A stretch of DNA of 64,000 nucleotides from Eledone cirrhosa. Its lineage: Eukaryota. Under the pieces are notes generated by a model. The model did not search any database. It saw nothing but the letters and a program-made list of their open reading frames with translations, and had not been told where the DNA came from. The stretch is taken from positions 371,318,001 through 371,382,000 of the forward strand of contig OZ024741.1 in assembly GCA_964016885.1 (NCBI GenBank), read 5' to 3'. Below, piece after piece: positions 1 to 13,552 of this stretch. The position numbers and the translations under genes are program-made. Positions within the stretch are counted from its first letter, which is position 1, and each line of letters opens with the position of its first letter.

Positions 1-676
1 TATACGTTGCTGACGATAGCTAATAAGCTTGAAACTAGTACAGCGTTCCTTTGTCAGTGTTGAACAAACGAGCAACGATGGTTGCTGGGCACTACGGCTT
101 AATACGGGATGTTTGTTTACAAACACACCGAGCATTATAATAAATGTTCGGTGAATCCATACGTACATATATATATGTGTGCATGTATGTATATATATAT
201 ACATACTACTGTACGTCTGTATACATATATGTATGTACGTGCACATACTTATATTTAAGTAACAGCCGTACTAAGATTGGGAAATGAAATTTCGTTTCAT
301 TTTTTTCCGTTTATCGTTTTCGGTGCACCCGGCCGATTAACCCACCCGATATGCAAATTGGACTACTCAGCCGTTAATATGCATAAGGTAAGTATATACG
401 TTCAACAATCTGGCAGGAAGGTATACGTTGCTGACGATAGCTAATAAGCTTGAAACTAGTACAGCGTTCCTTTGTCAGTGTTGAACAAACGAGCAACGAT
501 GGTTGCTGGACACTACGGCTTAATACGGGATGTTTGTTTACAAACACACCGAGCATTATAATAAATGTTCGGTGAATCCATACGTACAATTATATATGTG
601 TGCATGTATGTATATATATATATACATACTACTGTACGTCTGTATACATATATGTATGTACGTGTACATACTTATA
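1..676 (+). repeat. Tandem 421-bp repeat (retrozyme family A), about 1.6 monomers, truncated by window start
   Basis: TATACGTTGCTGACGATAGC at 1 recurs at 422 and the copies align through ~676. Each monomer has an HHR core (CTGACGA at 10 and 431). Confidence 0.92.
400..486 (+). ncRNA. Type I hammerhead ribozyme, family A
   Basis: ACGTTG-CTGACGA-T AGCT aata AGCT T-GAA-ACTAGT-A^CAGCGT. Stem I extends via AAGG/CCTT, CTGGCA/TGTCAG and GTTCAACA/TGTTGAAC. Stem III is the palindrome ACTAGT and the triplet is GUA. Confidence 0.88.
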
Positions 677-689
677 TATTTATAAAACT

Positions 690-2620
690 ATATTTATTCT
701 ATTATATATATTTCAAGGGTACCAAAACTTTGGTACGCACTCATCAGATAAAATACAAAGTTTGTTCAAGTTTCACCTGGATAGTGAAAGGAAAGATAGA
801 AAAAGGGATAAAGAGGAAGAGAGGAAAAAACAAATATTTCAAATTATTTTGATGAATATGCAAATGAGTTTGAGGCGTAGGGTGAAAAAATCGTTATTTT
901 TAGATGCTAGGTAGATTAAAATAATTATTAGGATATATATATGTATATATAGGAAGAAGAAAGAAAGAAAAGCTTGTAATTATATTACTAGTGTACGTGA
1001 ATTTAAAAAAATTGAAACGTTAAAAATTAAATGTTTGTTGAAGTGGTGGAATATCAATCCAGAATTAAAAAAATATTTAGCTAAATCATGACTTATAATA
1101 TTATATATATAATCATTACAATTAGATTATATGAAGAATTATGGTTGTAAGTACATTTTATCTTATTATATTACAACAGGTTGTAAGTATATAAATATCT
1201 ATATAGATTAATAAGTGTATAAATATAACTATTATTGGTGATTATATAGATATAAAACACACGTATTAATTTGTTTACATTTCTAATATGAGTTACGAAG
1301 GATGTTGATTTTACATTTTAAATATATACTTAAGAAAAAGACATAGTTCAAATTGTAAGAGAAGAACAATTTGTAGATTCAAATAGTTTCATAAAAAATT
1401 GAAAATATTTACAGAACATTATTAAGTTAGAGAAATTACATAGAATTTAACATACAAGTTATTATGTCTACGTCTGCTCAATTGTAAAGGAAAAGATAAC
1501 TCCAAAATTATTTGTTAAACTATTAATATTAGATTTGATGAATAATTTTCTTAGAAAATGCGGAAAGTATGTAGAGAAAATTATATATTATTTTGTGTGA
1601 GATTATAAGGTATTTTATATTACATGTTTTCAAGGATGAGAATTTCAATTATATATGTATTTGGATATTATCTATATCGAAAGATGTGTGAAAAGTTTGA
1701 AAATTAAAGAGAGGAAAAATATATTATTAGATAACTCAAGAGTGCATTTAGAAAAACTATCGTAAAGAGGATATCTTTCACAATATCAATTAAAAAGTAT
1801 CAATCTAAAAAAATATCAATCTAAAAAAAAATAGATTAAGAAGAGTATCATTAGGAAAAGAATATCATTGGTAAAAATATCAAATTTAAGAAGAAAAAAA
1901 TCATAAAAAAAAAACAAAAAAAACCTCATTAGACAACAGAAGCATTTTAAAGACGTATATGTAGTCAAGTGTAATGAATATTATAGATTAAAAATACTTC
2001 GGAAAGTGGTTCTTTGGCGATGTCTGCAAGAACTGAATAATTCGCTTTTTAAATTAATAGAATTTTGACAGTTAAGTATATAAAAAATACCTCGATACAC
2101 AAATGACAGATTCTTGAGAAAGCCATATTTCGGTATGCAGGTGCTATCGAAACCGTTCCCTAAGATATTGAATAGACTATATTATTGTCCTTTAAATGCC
2201 AAATTAAATGTGAAAGTGAAGTGGAAGATTTTTTATCAGACCTATTAAATGTATGTTTGCGATTATACCAGCGTTCTTTGAATTTTGTAGAAGTGTCACC
2301 TATATAGTTAAATATTTTGTCTCTAGTTTTTACTGTGCATTTATATATTAAGTTTTTATCTAAGCAATTGTTTTGTAAAGGACAGTTTGATTCAATTCTA
2401 CAGTTACATTTTCGGAAGTTGTTGTTACTAGAAACGGTACTATTAGTATGAATATTGTTATTTGAAATATTATTATTGTTATCTTGGTTTGTTTGGTTAG
2501 GGTTTAAATTTAAGTTTCTATTATTAATTCTATTTATATTTTGTGCGATGTTCATAGTAGTAGAGTAAGATAGTTTTATAGTGCGTCTGTTAAAAATAGA
2601 GTGTATATACATATATAATA
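690..2620 (-). mobile_element. Penelope-like element 3' fragment: decayed GIY-YIG endonuclease plus AT-rich pLTR with HHR
   Basis: ORF 2160-2612: CNCRIESNCPLQNNC..NLIYKCTV..YIGDT..KFKERW..TSLSHLIWHLK. The C-terminus continues frameshifted to ~1975. HHR at 695-755. Confidence 0.85.
695..755 (-). ncRNA. Type I hammerhead ribozyme in Penelope pLTR (family C)
   Basis: Minus strand: TATTTTAT-CTGATGA-GTGC GTACCAAA gt TTTGGTAC CCTT-GAA-ATATATAT-A^ATAGAATA. It lies downstream of the co-oriented GIY-YIG remnant. Confidence 0.75.
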
Positions 2621-2939
2621 AATGGGAACAAAGAATCAGTATTGCATCATATACATATTTAATTACATATTACATATCGGTTTCACTACCGATCAGCTCA
2701 AAGAACGATCGAATAATGTTCGATCCTGTCTCTGGAATCGGGAGCCCCTCAGATATATGTTCTCACATGTAGACGCATTTCCAAATGTTGAAATGTTAAA
2801 CACCCGATTCGTTATTTTAGGCTGCCACAAACTTTGCTAGAAGAATTGTGTGATACACTGACAGTAGATGGTTATACAATAGATATATTCAATACAGTTA
2901 ACTAATTGCAAACTCAAGGTTCTAAAAATCTTCGCTAAG

Positions 2940-3290
2940 TACAAACCACTACCTCCCTACGGACAAGTGATGCTGCCCACCAGATCCGAAAACGGAAGAG
3001 CCGAACTCCCACTGTCATCGCCTCCATCTCTCTCGCCCTCCCATCTCTTTGTATTATGAGTAAATGGAGTCTCACGTGCTGGCCGCCCCACAGTCCCGGC
3101 GGACAGAATAGAGATGGCGTTTCCCCGGAGGATGGCAAGGGAGATGCGTTGGAAGAACCATTCCATCTCGCGAGGCTCACACCTGCGGCTAGCCAGCTCA
3201 GCGCCTATGCTGGTAAGTAAGGAGGTAGCCCTAGGGCCAAGGACACCAGAAGTCTCCACTGCTATGGGGCACGACCGCAAACCTGTCGGA
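2940..3290 (-). mobile_element. 3' end of CRE-like (RLE) non-LTR retrotransposon
   Basis: PIAVETSGVLGPRA..LA..EPRE..FFQRISLAILRGNA resembles the C-terminal restriction-like endonuclease of CRE-clade elements. A related decayed copy lies at ~62155-62310. Confidence 0.7.
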
Positions 3291-3801
3291 GAGCGACCGA
3301 TACTTGGAGAAATGTGTTATCGTCGGTTTTATCATGCTAAATTGTGTTTGGTCATACCCCAGTGGATAAGCGACCTAGAATTCAGTAACGTTTACTGTCA
3401 TCGGTTGGTCAAGATGGTAGGTTATGCTGGTCTAGTACAGACGCCGTTCATGCGTGGCGGCCTATCAATAGGAAGTCTATGGTTATAGGCTACGAAGCCT
3501 TAGAAGATTCGAAGAATGTAGAATAATAAAGAAATACAGAAATAAATGTAAATCATTCGGAGGGCAATTTGATAGATGACATTATAAAGATAAAGAATAA
3601 ACCGATAAACAAATAAAGCGATAATGAAATAAAAAATAAGGATAGAAAAAATACGAGAGTGAGATAAAAATATACATAAAAAATAAAATAATACAGACGT
3701 AATAAAAAAAAAAAAAATAATAAAATTTATTTTACAAACATAGATGAATAAGTAGGAACTAGAAGAAAGGAGAAGAAAAAGGAAAAAGAAAAAAGAAAAT
3801 G

Positions 3802-3842
<41 letters not shown>

Positions 3843-3846
<4 letters not shown>

Positions 3847-4645
3847 TAAATGGTATAGAAAATGCTGACAAATTGTTCACAGTTGAAAAATGGTTTAATT
3901 AGGAATAAAAAAGTGTATTAGTGATTGTATGGGTTAGTATTCAGTTGTGGTTTTAAGTTTTTAAGTTTTTACTGGTTGCGCATTTCTAAATGCTTTTCAA
4001 AAATAATTTTGAGATAGAGTGTCCGTGTTGTTTGCTCTGATCTGATTAGTTTTGGGAATTCTACCTGTTTCTATGTTAAAAAAGTGGCTCCAGCGTTACT
4101 TTGGTGTTGCAAAAATTTTTGTGGTCAAAACAATTTTGATTGGTCGGTAGAGGTCATGTGAATGTAAAAAATTGATTTTGCGCCAAGACTTGGCGCAAAA
4201 CCAATTTTTTATTCACATGACCTCTACCGACCAATCAAAATTGTTTTGACCACAAACATTTTTGCAACACCAAAGTAACGCTGGAGCCACTTTTTAACAT
4301 AAAAACAGTCTTGGCGCAAAATCAATTTTTTACATTCACATGACCTCTACCGACCAATCAAAATTGTTTTGACCACAAGAATTTTTGCAACACCAAAGTA
4401 ACGCTGGAGCCACTTTTTAACATAAAAACAGGTAGAATTCCCAAAACTAATCAGATCAGAGCAAACAACACGGACACTCTATCTCAAAATTATTTTTGAA
4501 AAGCATTTAGAAATGCGCAACCAAAAACTTAAAACCACAACTGAATACTAACCCATACAATCACTAATACACTTTTTTATTCCTAATTAAACCATTTTTC
4601 AACTGTGAACAATTTGTCAGCATTTTCTATTCCGTTTACCAATAT
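3843..4645. repeat. Fold-back (inverted) repeat with partial tandem duplication
   Basis: 3843-4190 is the reverse complement of ~4308-4645, and 4190-4307 is a shorter tandem copy. Centre is TTTTGCGCCAAGACTTGGCGCAAAA. Confidence 0.85.
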
Positions 4646-4681
4646 ATAATAACTTGTGTGTTACACCTCTATTCTTTTAAC

Positions 4682-4753
<72 letters not shown>

Positions 4754-4769
4754 AATATATATGTATATA

Positions 4770-7550
4770 TACTACTTTGACGCTAAACTCCGCCAGTTGC
4801 AGACTGCGCATCAATATGAGATATTTTTCTCCACAAAGTTCGATCACCAGCAGCAGAGTTTAATGAGCAAAGATCAAGTCCAGTCCATAAGTTGACATTA
4901 TCAAGCCATCGTTTTGGCTGCCAGCCTCTGCTTCTCTTACCAGCCAACCTTCCTTCCAGATATAACCTACTCACACCACGAGTTGATCTTTTTATATGAC
5001 CGTATAGTTTGAGTATTCTTGACTTGACAATTGATGTAATTGGTCTACGTTTGGTAATGTTGAGCAGCTCACTGATACAGATACGGTCACTGAGCTGTTA
5101 GTCAGTCATAAGTCTCATGATGTGGTTCTGGAATGTAGAGAGCTTCTGAAGTGACCTTGTCGTCGAATTAACACAGTCAAGACCATATAACACAGCTGGT
5201 AGGATGTAAGTATCGAAGATCTTAGCTTTTAAATGATAGGAAACTCGTTTTAGATTGTGAGTTGGAGATTGATATTGTTTTTATCAGTTGTCATACATTT
5301 TGTTTTGGAGATGTTGATGCGTAAGCCAGCCTCCAGCGAATGTTTGGCCAGTACATTCAGAAAGTTTTGCAGATCAGTTCTAGAGTAACTCATGATGGCC
5401 AGATCGTCTGCATAGCTAAGATTTGATAGGATTTTACCTACTATTTGATAGCCTGAGGAGCTTTCTTCTTCAGTTTGGTAGATTAGTGCAGCTATAACTA
5501 TACAGAAAAGAAGTGCTGATAGTACATCCCCCTGCTTAACTTCCTTCAAGATATCTAAACACCGTGTAGTTCCCAAATCTGTTTTGATATATTCTGTTGA
5601 GTTGGTGTAAGTTTCTTTAAGTAGGTTGATGTATTTTTTGTTAATTGAGGTCTTGTTTAAGAGTTGACACAAGCTGGGTAGTTTCACGCTATCAAAAGCT
5701 TTTGTGAAGTCAATGAAGGTGATGTGACAACAGGGTTGTTGAATTCTATTGATTTCTCAATGATTTGTTCAATATCTAGGATCTGCTCAATGGTGTCTCT
5801 TCCAGGTTGATACGCTGTTTGTGTTTCAGGAAATGAGGCGTAAAGGTCTGACTTTACTCGTGCTGCAATGATACTCATGAAACTTGTAAACGTGGCTCAA
5901 TAGGCTGACAGGACAATAGTTCCCACAGTGAAGTCTGCTATCTTTTTTGTAGAGTATAATTATTAATGCTTTCTTGCAGTTAAAAAGATGTTGAAGTGCT
6001 TTGATAATTGGTTCACCTCCAGCTGTGATGAATTCTGAGTATAGGTTGTCCAGTCCAGGGCTTTTTTCTCGCTTCAAATTTTTGATGGCATGAGATATCT
6101 CGCTAGCTAAGATAGATGGAATGGCATCTGATGTCGAATCATGAATTGTTGTTGGTTCTGATTTGCTGAAGTACAGTTCTTCATAGAATTTAGCCCAGCG
6201 TTCAAGAATATCGTCTTTGGAAGTAAAGATAGTATCGTTTGAATCTTTAATGCCCCAGCTAAGATTTCTTGGTTTAGTGTCTAGTTTCTTCAGAACAGTA
6301 TGATATAACCTGTTGGGTGGTAGGTTATTCAGCTCCTCAATGTTATTGTACACTTGCTTAAGTTTGTCTGAATTAACGAGTTTTTTGGGATTCAGCCTTT
6401 GCTATTCTGTGGCCACATTCTCTTCTGATTCTATGTTTTTCAGATATTGCGTTTTTTTTTTTGTTTGTTGTGACATCCATTATGGGATGGAAAAGCTATC
6501 CTTAGGTAAAATCTCTTCAGATACCTCTTTTATGTCTCTGCAGATACTATCATAAATCTTGTCGGAGTTTTCATCAGATTGCAAAGCTGAAAAGCTGTTT
6601 TGCAATTCGAGTTTGAATCGGCTTGCTATTTCGTTACATGAGAGTTTGTCTAAGATAACTTTCGATCGTATTTTATTTTTTTGTGGCCAAATAAAGTTGA
6701 TGCGAAATCTTGTGCGTATGGTGCGCACAAGATTTCGCATCAGATATATCAGGAATGTTAAGAGCAGTGCTGTCTAATATTCTTAGTCTTTCTGAAGAGT
6801 TTCTTGCTATTGTAAAGTCTATTTGATTCTTAGTTATGCTGTGAGCAGTATATCCAAGTGAACAGATTTTTCTTTTGAAATATTGTGTTTGTGGTATATT
6901 TCCCAATACTTGATGGGAATGATTCGTTCAGGCGCCCAATTTTACAGTTAACGTCATCCATCAGAAAGAGGTGATCTCTCTTTGGTGTCTTATCTATAAT
7001 GGCTTGTATGTTGTCATATAACTCATTGATTTCTTCAGCTGAATGTGTAGATGTGGGAAAGTAGCACAGGATAAGTGCGAGCTTACAAAACTTACTTCTC
7101 AAGCTCAGAACAGCGAGTCTGTCTGAAATAGGTCGATAGTTGTGTAATAATGATGCGCACTTTTTGTTCACCAAGAAACCCACTCCATTCATGCGACGAG
7201 TCACATTGCTTGACAGATAAATATAGTGTCCGGTATTTTGGTGTATCTTTATTTTGTTTTCGTTTGATTTAGTCTCTGATAGTTCGATAATATCCCAGTT
7301 TACTTTCTTCATTTCATACATCATTGTCTCAAGAGAGTTGGTATCACGGTCATTGATGGTATGTGTGTTGTATGTGCAGTTCTATTTGTATAAATCAAAC
7401 CAGTCCGATGTTGCTGTGCGATTCCCTAGTCATAGCTGTCACATCAGTCTGGGACTGCTGGTGTTCACATCAGTCTGGGACTGCTGTTCACTCTTCGAGG
7501 GTCCGGAGGGGGCCTCCTCTGTACAACGAATCTTTGAGGCGATTTTTTCA
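4770..7550 (-). mobile_element. Near full-length decayed RTE-type LINE (APE endonuclease + reverse transcriptase)
   Basis: Frameshifted pieces: WDIIELSETK..GVGFLV..YFPT (APE); KSPGLD..NYCPVSLLSHVYK; VKQGDVLSALLF; YADDL; GKRSRG..RWLD..DRTLWR. Confidence 0.88.
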
Positions 7551-7554
7551 TATG

Positions 7555-7589
<35 letters not shown>

Positions 7590-7591
<2 letters not shown>

Positions 7592-7997
7592 GGAATAAGA
7601 TGAAACGAAATTTCATTTCTCACTCTTAGTACGGCAGTTACTTAAATGTAAGTATGTACATACATATATGTATACAGACGTACAGTAGTATGCATATATA
7701 TACATACATGCACACATATATATATGCAGGTATCGGTTTACCGAACATTTATTATAATGTTCGGTTTGTTTGTAAACAAACAAACAGTCCGAATTACGCC
7801 GTACAGTGTTTAGGCAACCACGTCACCTTTTTGTTCAACACTGACACAGGAACGGCGTAATTCGGGCTGTTTGGAACATTATAATAAATGTTCGGTAAAC
7901 CGATACGTGCATATATATATGTGTGCATGTATGTATATATATACATACTACTGTACATCTGTATACATATATGTATGTACGTATACATACATACATA

Positions 7998-8000
<3 letters not shown>
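7590..8000. repeat. Fold-back fragment of family A repeat, lacking the HHR core
   Basis: 7600-7853 is a minus-strand family A monomer ending at ACACAGGAACG, just short of the ribozyme. It is followed by an inverted copy at ~7854-8000. Confidence 0.8.
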
Positions 8001-8030
<30 letters not shown>

Positions 8031-8297
8031 ATGATTTTGGTATGTTTATGTACACTTTTTCTTCTAACTTTGATTTTGTACCTAATTATGTATGATTAAC
8101 TGTATGTCTAGTCAATTTCTACAGGCTATCAGAAATACTAGGTAAATTTTCTGTGGCTGTGAATCGCGGATAAAAAGCTATCATTTATTTATCTATTGTT
8201 AGCCTCGTTTAAATGATTTTTTGTATGGTTGATTATGCTGATTGGGGGAAGAAATACTGTATATATTTTATCTAATGATTCTATGGACTTACTTTCT

Positions 8298-8384
<87 letters not shown>

Positions 8385-8387
<3 letters not shown>

Positions 8388-9197
8388 TGTATATATAATG
8401 TATTTTGCAATACACTTTATGCTTAATTAAAAGCATTTTGAAGACCGTATGCTATTGTTTTAGAGTAGTGACAAACTCACTTACTTTAATCTCAGCAAAT
8501 AAGGGGAGATAAGCCGACAAGGCCTTGTTTCGCATTTATTGATGCTTATCAAGGCTAACTACTCCCTCCTGTTTACTGAGATCACTGATGTTATTATACA
8601 TTCATATATATATATTGCTATTTCAGAGCTCCAATTCTAATTTTTTATTTCTGCCTGACCGGCAACCGCTCTGTATAATCAGTTCCTGGTTATTTACTAG
8701 AATTCTATAAGAATATAACATCAGTGATCTCAGTAGACAGGAGGGAGTAGTTAGCCTTGATAAGCATCAATAAATGCGAAACAAGGCCTTGTCGGCTTAT
8801 CTCCCCTTGTTTGCTGAGATTAAAGTAAGTGAGTTTGTCACTACTCTAAAACAATAGCATACGGTCTTCAAAATGCTTTTAATTAAGCATAAAGTGTATT
8901 GCAAAATACATTATATATACATTCATATATATATTGCTATTCAGAGCTCCAATTCTAATTTTTTATTTCTGCCTGACCGGCAACCGCTCTGTATAATCAG
9001 TTCCTGATTATTTACTAGAATTCTATAAGAATATAACATCAGTGATCTCAGTAGACAGGAGGGAGTAGTTAGCCTTGATAAGCATCAATAAATGCGAAAC
9101 AAGGCCTTGTCGGCTTATCTCCCCTTGTTTGCTGAGATTAAAGTAAGTGAGTGTGTCACTACTCTAAAACAATAGCATACGGTCTTCAAAATGCTTT
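8385..9197 (+). repeat. 318-bp tandem repeat (family B) preceded by an inverted partial copy; one HHR per unit
   Basis: GTAGACAGGAGGGAG occurs at 8733 and 9051 (period 318). ~8385-8595 is the reverse complement of ~8715-8925. Confidence 0.9.
8743..8805 (+). ncRNA. Type I hammerhead ribozyme with U3-A8 core (family B); copies at 9061-9123 (+) and 8504-8566 (-)
   Basis: GGGAGTAGTTAGCC-TTGATAA-GCAT caataa ATGC-GAA-ACAAGGCCTTGT-C^GGCTTATCTCCC. Confidence 0.82.
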
Positions 9198-9871
9198 AAA
9201 AATCATATACCTCAGGTTGGTGCGAGCAATAACTAAAAAAAGCTATTGGGACAAGTAAATCGCGTAAAGCGAGTGAGACAAGTAAACAACATAGAAGGAT
9301 AAAAGCAAACCGAAGATAGGAAAATAAACAAGCAACATGGTTATCCGGTCAGCATAAGCTGGGTGCATTTCATGAGCGATCAAGATACAGACCGTCCGAC
9401 GTGAGTGAGATGTGAGCAAGAAGAGACCCCACTACTAGCCAAACGGGAAAAACTGAGAAGGGGAGAAACAGAGAGTGAGTGAGTGGAAGTGCGAGGAAGA
9501 GGTCAGTCGAGAGAAAGTGTAACTGACAGAAGGGGCGAAAGAAGGTGAGAGCATCAGAGAGAACGGGTAGCAGTAAGAGAGAAACAGACAAACGCAGCCG
9601 AGGTAAATATGTATAAAAAAACATGAGAAGAAAGAAGAATACTGCGTGGTTGCACATGGGTTACATATGATAAAATTAGTCCCTCGTCAGTGATTTGCCA
9701 ACCATCATTGATATTTCATCGCATTAAAAATCATATACCGCGAGCAATAACTAAAAAAAGCTATTGGGACAAGTAAATCGCGTAAAGCGAGTGAGACAAG
9801 TAAACAACATAGAAGGCAAACCGAAGATAGGAAAATAAACAAGCAACATGGTTATCCGGTCAGCATAAGCT

Positions 9872-9873
<2 letters not shown>
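9198..9873. repeat. Direct repeat pair (~150-165 bp; 9198-9363 and 9727-9873) flanking a purine-rich spacer
   Basis: AAAATCATATACC..GCGAGCAATAACTAAAAAAAGCTATTGGGACAAG..CAGCATAAGCTGG is present twice, with small deletions in the second copy. Confidence 0.8.
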
Positions 9874-9923
<50 letters not shown>

Positions 9924-10374
9924 CATAGGGATATATGTATATATTTAGACATATATTTAGACATAGTCACAGATACATATATGAGTGTGGCTACCTTTCA
10001 CGGTGTGGCTCAATGAAAAATTTAATTAAGCAAATAATTATTAATCAGAACTATATATAAAATTATTAGATAAAATATACACACTCTTTCCTCACCCTAG
10101 TCCATAGAAATCAACCAGATAAATAATCATTTAAACGAGGCTATAAGTTTAAAATGTAACTATGAAGAAATAATAAACAAATGATACAGACTATTTTCCG
10201 CGAGGAACAGTCAAAATTTATCTAGTCATTCCTTTTAGGCCGTATAAATTAACTAAACAAATAATCAATTAAACGGAGCTAGGTCATTGGTTGATTTCTA
10301 CAGACTAAAGTGAGGAAAGACTGTGTATATTTTATCTAATAATTCTTCAAACTTGCAACTTTATATATATATAT

Positions 10375-10880
10375 GATGACTGCCCCCTCGTTATCGAGTA
10401 TGGCCATTGCATGATATACCATTATTAATAATTATTAATTAATTCTATCGTGCAATGCCTGTGCGTGAAGATATATTTTAAAGTGAGGAAAGACTGTGCA
10501 CTGAGCCAATTCCATTCTCTGAGCGACAGTAGCTATAACCCGAAAAGAAGAAAAGATCAACATCATCGGTAACTACTGAGCCGCAGGTTTTAAATCGGAG
10601 TTATCCCAGTTTCCTGAGTTGCTTTCTCCTAGAAGAATGCCCTGACAAAGGCTAGGGGTCATTCACTCCCAGTAATTTAACCGCGCCGTACATGTGTATA
10701 TACATATTTACACACTTTTGGATGGCCGTTGACTCTTATGAGTTCTTCTGCCCTTTGTCAGGTTTTGTTTTTTGTCCTGCAGGGTGTCCAAAATCACCCT
10801 CCTCACCAAGTAAACTTGGTGGGGTTGCCGGTTTAGTCGCCGACGACCCGACCCAGTAGCACTCAAGAGTGACCCGACAT
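10375..10880 (-). mobile_element. Non-autonomous RTE derivative (5' UTR plus 3' terminal hairpin), degraded
   Basis: 10716-10880 and 10545-10680 match the leader at 25050-25385. 10375-10412 matches the RTE 3' end at 47996-48032. Confidence 0.6.
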
Positions 10881-10892
10881 ATATATACATAC

Positions 10893-10923
<31 letters not shown>

Positions 10924-11157
10924 CATACATATATATATATATATACATACATACATACATACATACATACATACATACATACATACATACACATATATGT
11001 GTGTGTGTGTATGTCCGCATCTGTGCATACGTCTCGTCACTTTGTGGATCAATAAAAAAAGACAGATAAAATAAATTTTGGACTAAATTATGACCGCAGT
11101 CTACTGACTGAAGCAAGTAAAATAATAGATTAACTGCACGAACACGGAGAAAAAGTG

Positions 11158-11700
11158 TACCGTAAACCTGGGTTACTTTGAATGATTTTCATCAATTTTG
11201 CATCTTTTATGCCGCATAGCTCAATTTTTTGTTGACAGATATTGCTAATATAGAGATAATTCAAAGCAGCCCTATCATATGTAACTTTTGTCAAAAAATT
11301 GTAAAAATATCTTAATTCGCTATATACTTATTGACAGTTATGATTGGTCTTCAAATTAGCCCCACGTCGGGGCTACTTTGAATACTAAACATAACTATAC
11401 ATTACAGAGTAAAAGGTATATGTATAAGACATTTTATTGATATTTTAATTGTAGTAAGTATAAATTTCATAGAGATTATGACAAAAGAATATTTAATTAT
11501 ACATACGACTAATGAAGTGATATATGTGATTGCACTTCAAAACAAGTTTCAAGAAGTGTGAAATATGAATCGAAAATGTTCATTTTATTCATAAAAGTCA
11601 CACAAATGGTAGTCTTGGCCAAGTTCATAGCGAGTGCAAGCCTCATGGCACCAGTTTCTACATTTATGATCACTACCCCCGTGTCCCAGCAAATAAGTGA
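11158..11700 (-). mobile_element. 3' end of pogo/Tigger-like DNA transposon (TIR plus C-terminal PHD-finger remnant)
   Basis: TIR-like TACCGTAAACCTGGGTTACTTTGAAT with internal GGGGCTACTTTGAAT repeats. Minus strand 11585-11665 reads KCRNWCHEACTRYELGQDYHLCDFYE*. Confidence 0.6.
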
Positions 11701-12181
11701 ATTTTTTGGTTGTAAATAGCCGCAAAATTCAGGATGAAGGGTAAAAAGTGGCCATCGAAGTGGTCTTTACTCGTGCTAGAAATAGCAGCCAAATTCAAGA
11801 TGACAGGGATAGTGAATGTTCGGCCATATGTAACCCAGCAAATATATATAAATTCTGCTATATATCATAAATAATTATAATAATAAAAAGAATAGACAAT
11901 ATACAAGAATCAAATATTAAAAACGTGGGACATTTTTAAACATTTGGCGTGATTGACAAAATGTCTGAATTACACAGATTTTGTAGCCGAACCATACATT
12001 TGAAATGTAATTTACAGAATCAATTAAAAATATATTAAGAATGTATAAAATATAAAATATATATAGAAAACACGCATTTATTCCCTTTGATCTGACTGAA
12101 AGTTGTTAGTCAATATTTCAGCATCTGTGTATCGCCTACATAATTTACATATTTTTTTACTGAGTTTAAAGTCATTTAAAG

Positions 12182-12401
12182 CAGGCATGTCAAACATGCG
12201 ACCCGCGACGCACGAATCGCATGCGGCCCTTTACAAGCACACCTGCGGCCCTCACAAAGGTTTTTATTGCATGTTTTATCTTCGTAATATAAAATTAAAA
12301 AAATTAGTTGTAATGTGTGCAATTAGTTGTCATGTGTGGCCCTCAGACAACACATATGTGACCCATGTGGCCCTCGGGGGCCCCTCAGTTTGTCATGCCT
12401 G
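12182..12401. mobile_element. hAT (Charlie-type) MITE, 220 bp
   Basis: TIRs CAGGCATGTCAAAC / GTTTGTCATGCCTG with a perfect 8-bp TSD ATTTAAAG (12174-12181, 12402-12409). Confidence 0.9.
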
Positions 12402-12699
12402 ATTTAAAGGAAATGCTTTAAAAGAAAGTTTAAATGATAATGAAAGTTTCGATTTATCAAGTCATCTTTTCCAAAATAACAATATTTAAGAAACTATGAT
12501 GGCATAAATAAATTTTATTGTTTTTTCAAAATAACTCCGGTTTACAGTACTCAATACATTTTGTAAGGTTTTATATCTCTTGGAAACTGAAAATTCCAAT
12601 AAACTTTACTAAGAGCTTATTATTTCTGTTCTTCAGACAGCCGCTCGAAGTTCGGAAATGTGGAACTCCAAGTGACGCTTAGTAAAGTTTACAGCTAAC

Positions 12700-13200
<501 letters not shown>

Positions 13201-13552
13201 GGTGATCTTTTGATGTTACAGATGGTAGATTTCACACTAGTTTCCGCCCACTCAACGGATATTCATATAAACAGCGCCATCTGGGTGTAATATTGTGGCT
13301 TTCATTCTCTGCTACAAGTAACGCCTGTTTTGCCATTGCCGTTACTATTATTATTAGTAAAGTTAATCCCAATTGAAAGATGAATTGGAGGTCCCCGTAT
13401 ATGGTGGCTGGTGTACTGGGTTTGTGAAGTGTGATGAGGTAGTGTACCTCTCTTTCTCTCTCTCGGTCTACATCCGGTTGGTCTCAGTTTCCTGTAATCG
13501 AGTAAGTGACGGCTTTGATACATTCGATCTGTTTTTCATATTTTCCCTCGTA

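Noticed and set aside
2670-2712. CTGATCG-GTAGT-GAAAC (minus) and similar CTGATTA at ~55111
   Set aside because: Core deviates and there is no stem II; not supportable as HHRs.
9660-9725. CTGACGA on minus strand as a hammerhead
   Set aside because: No GAAA follows the putative stem II, and the alternative topology does not pair cleanly.
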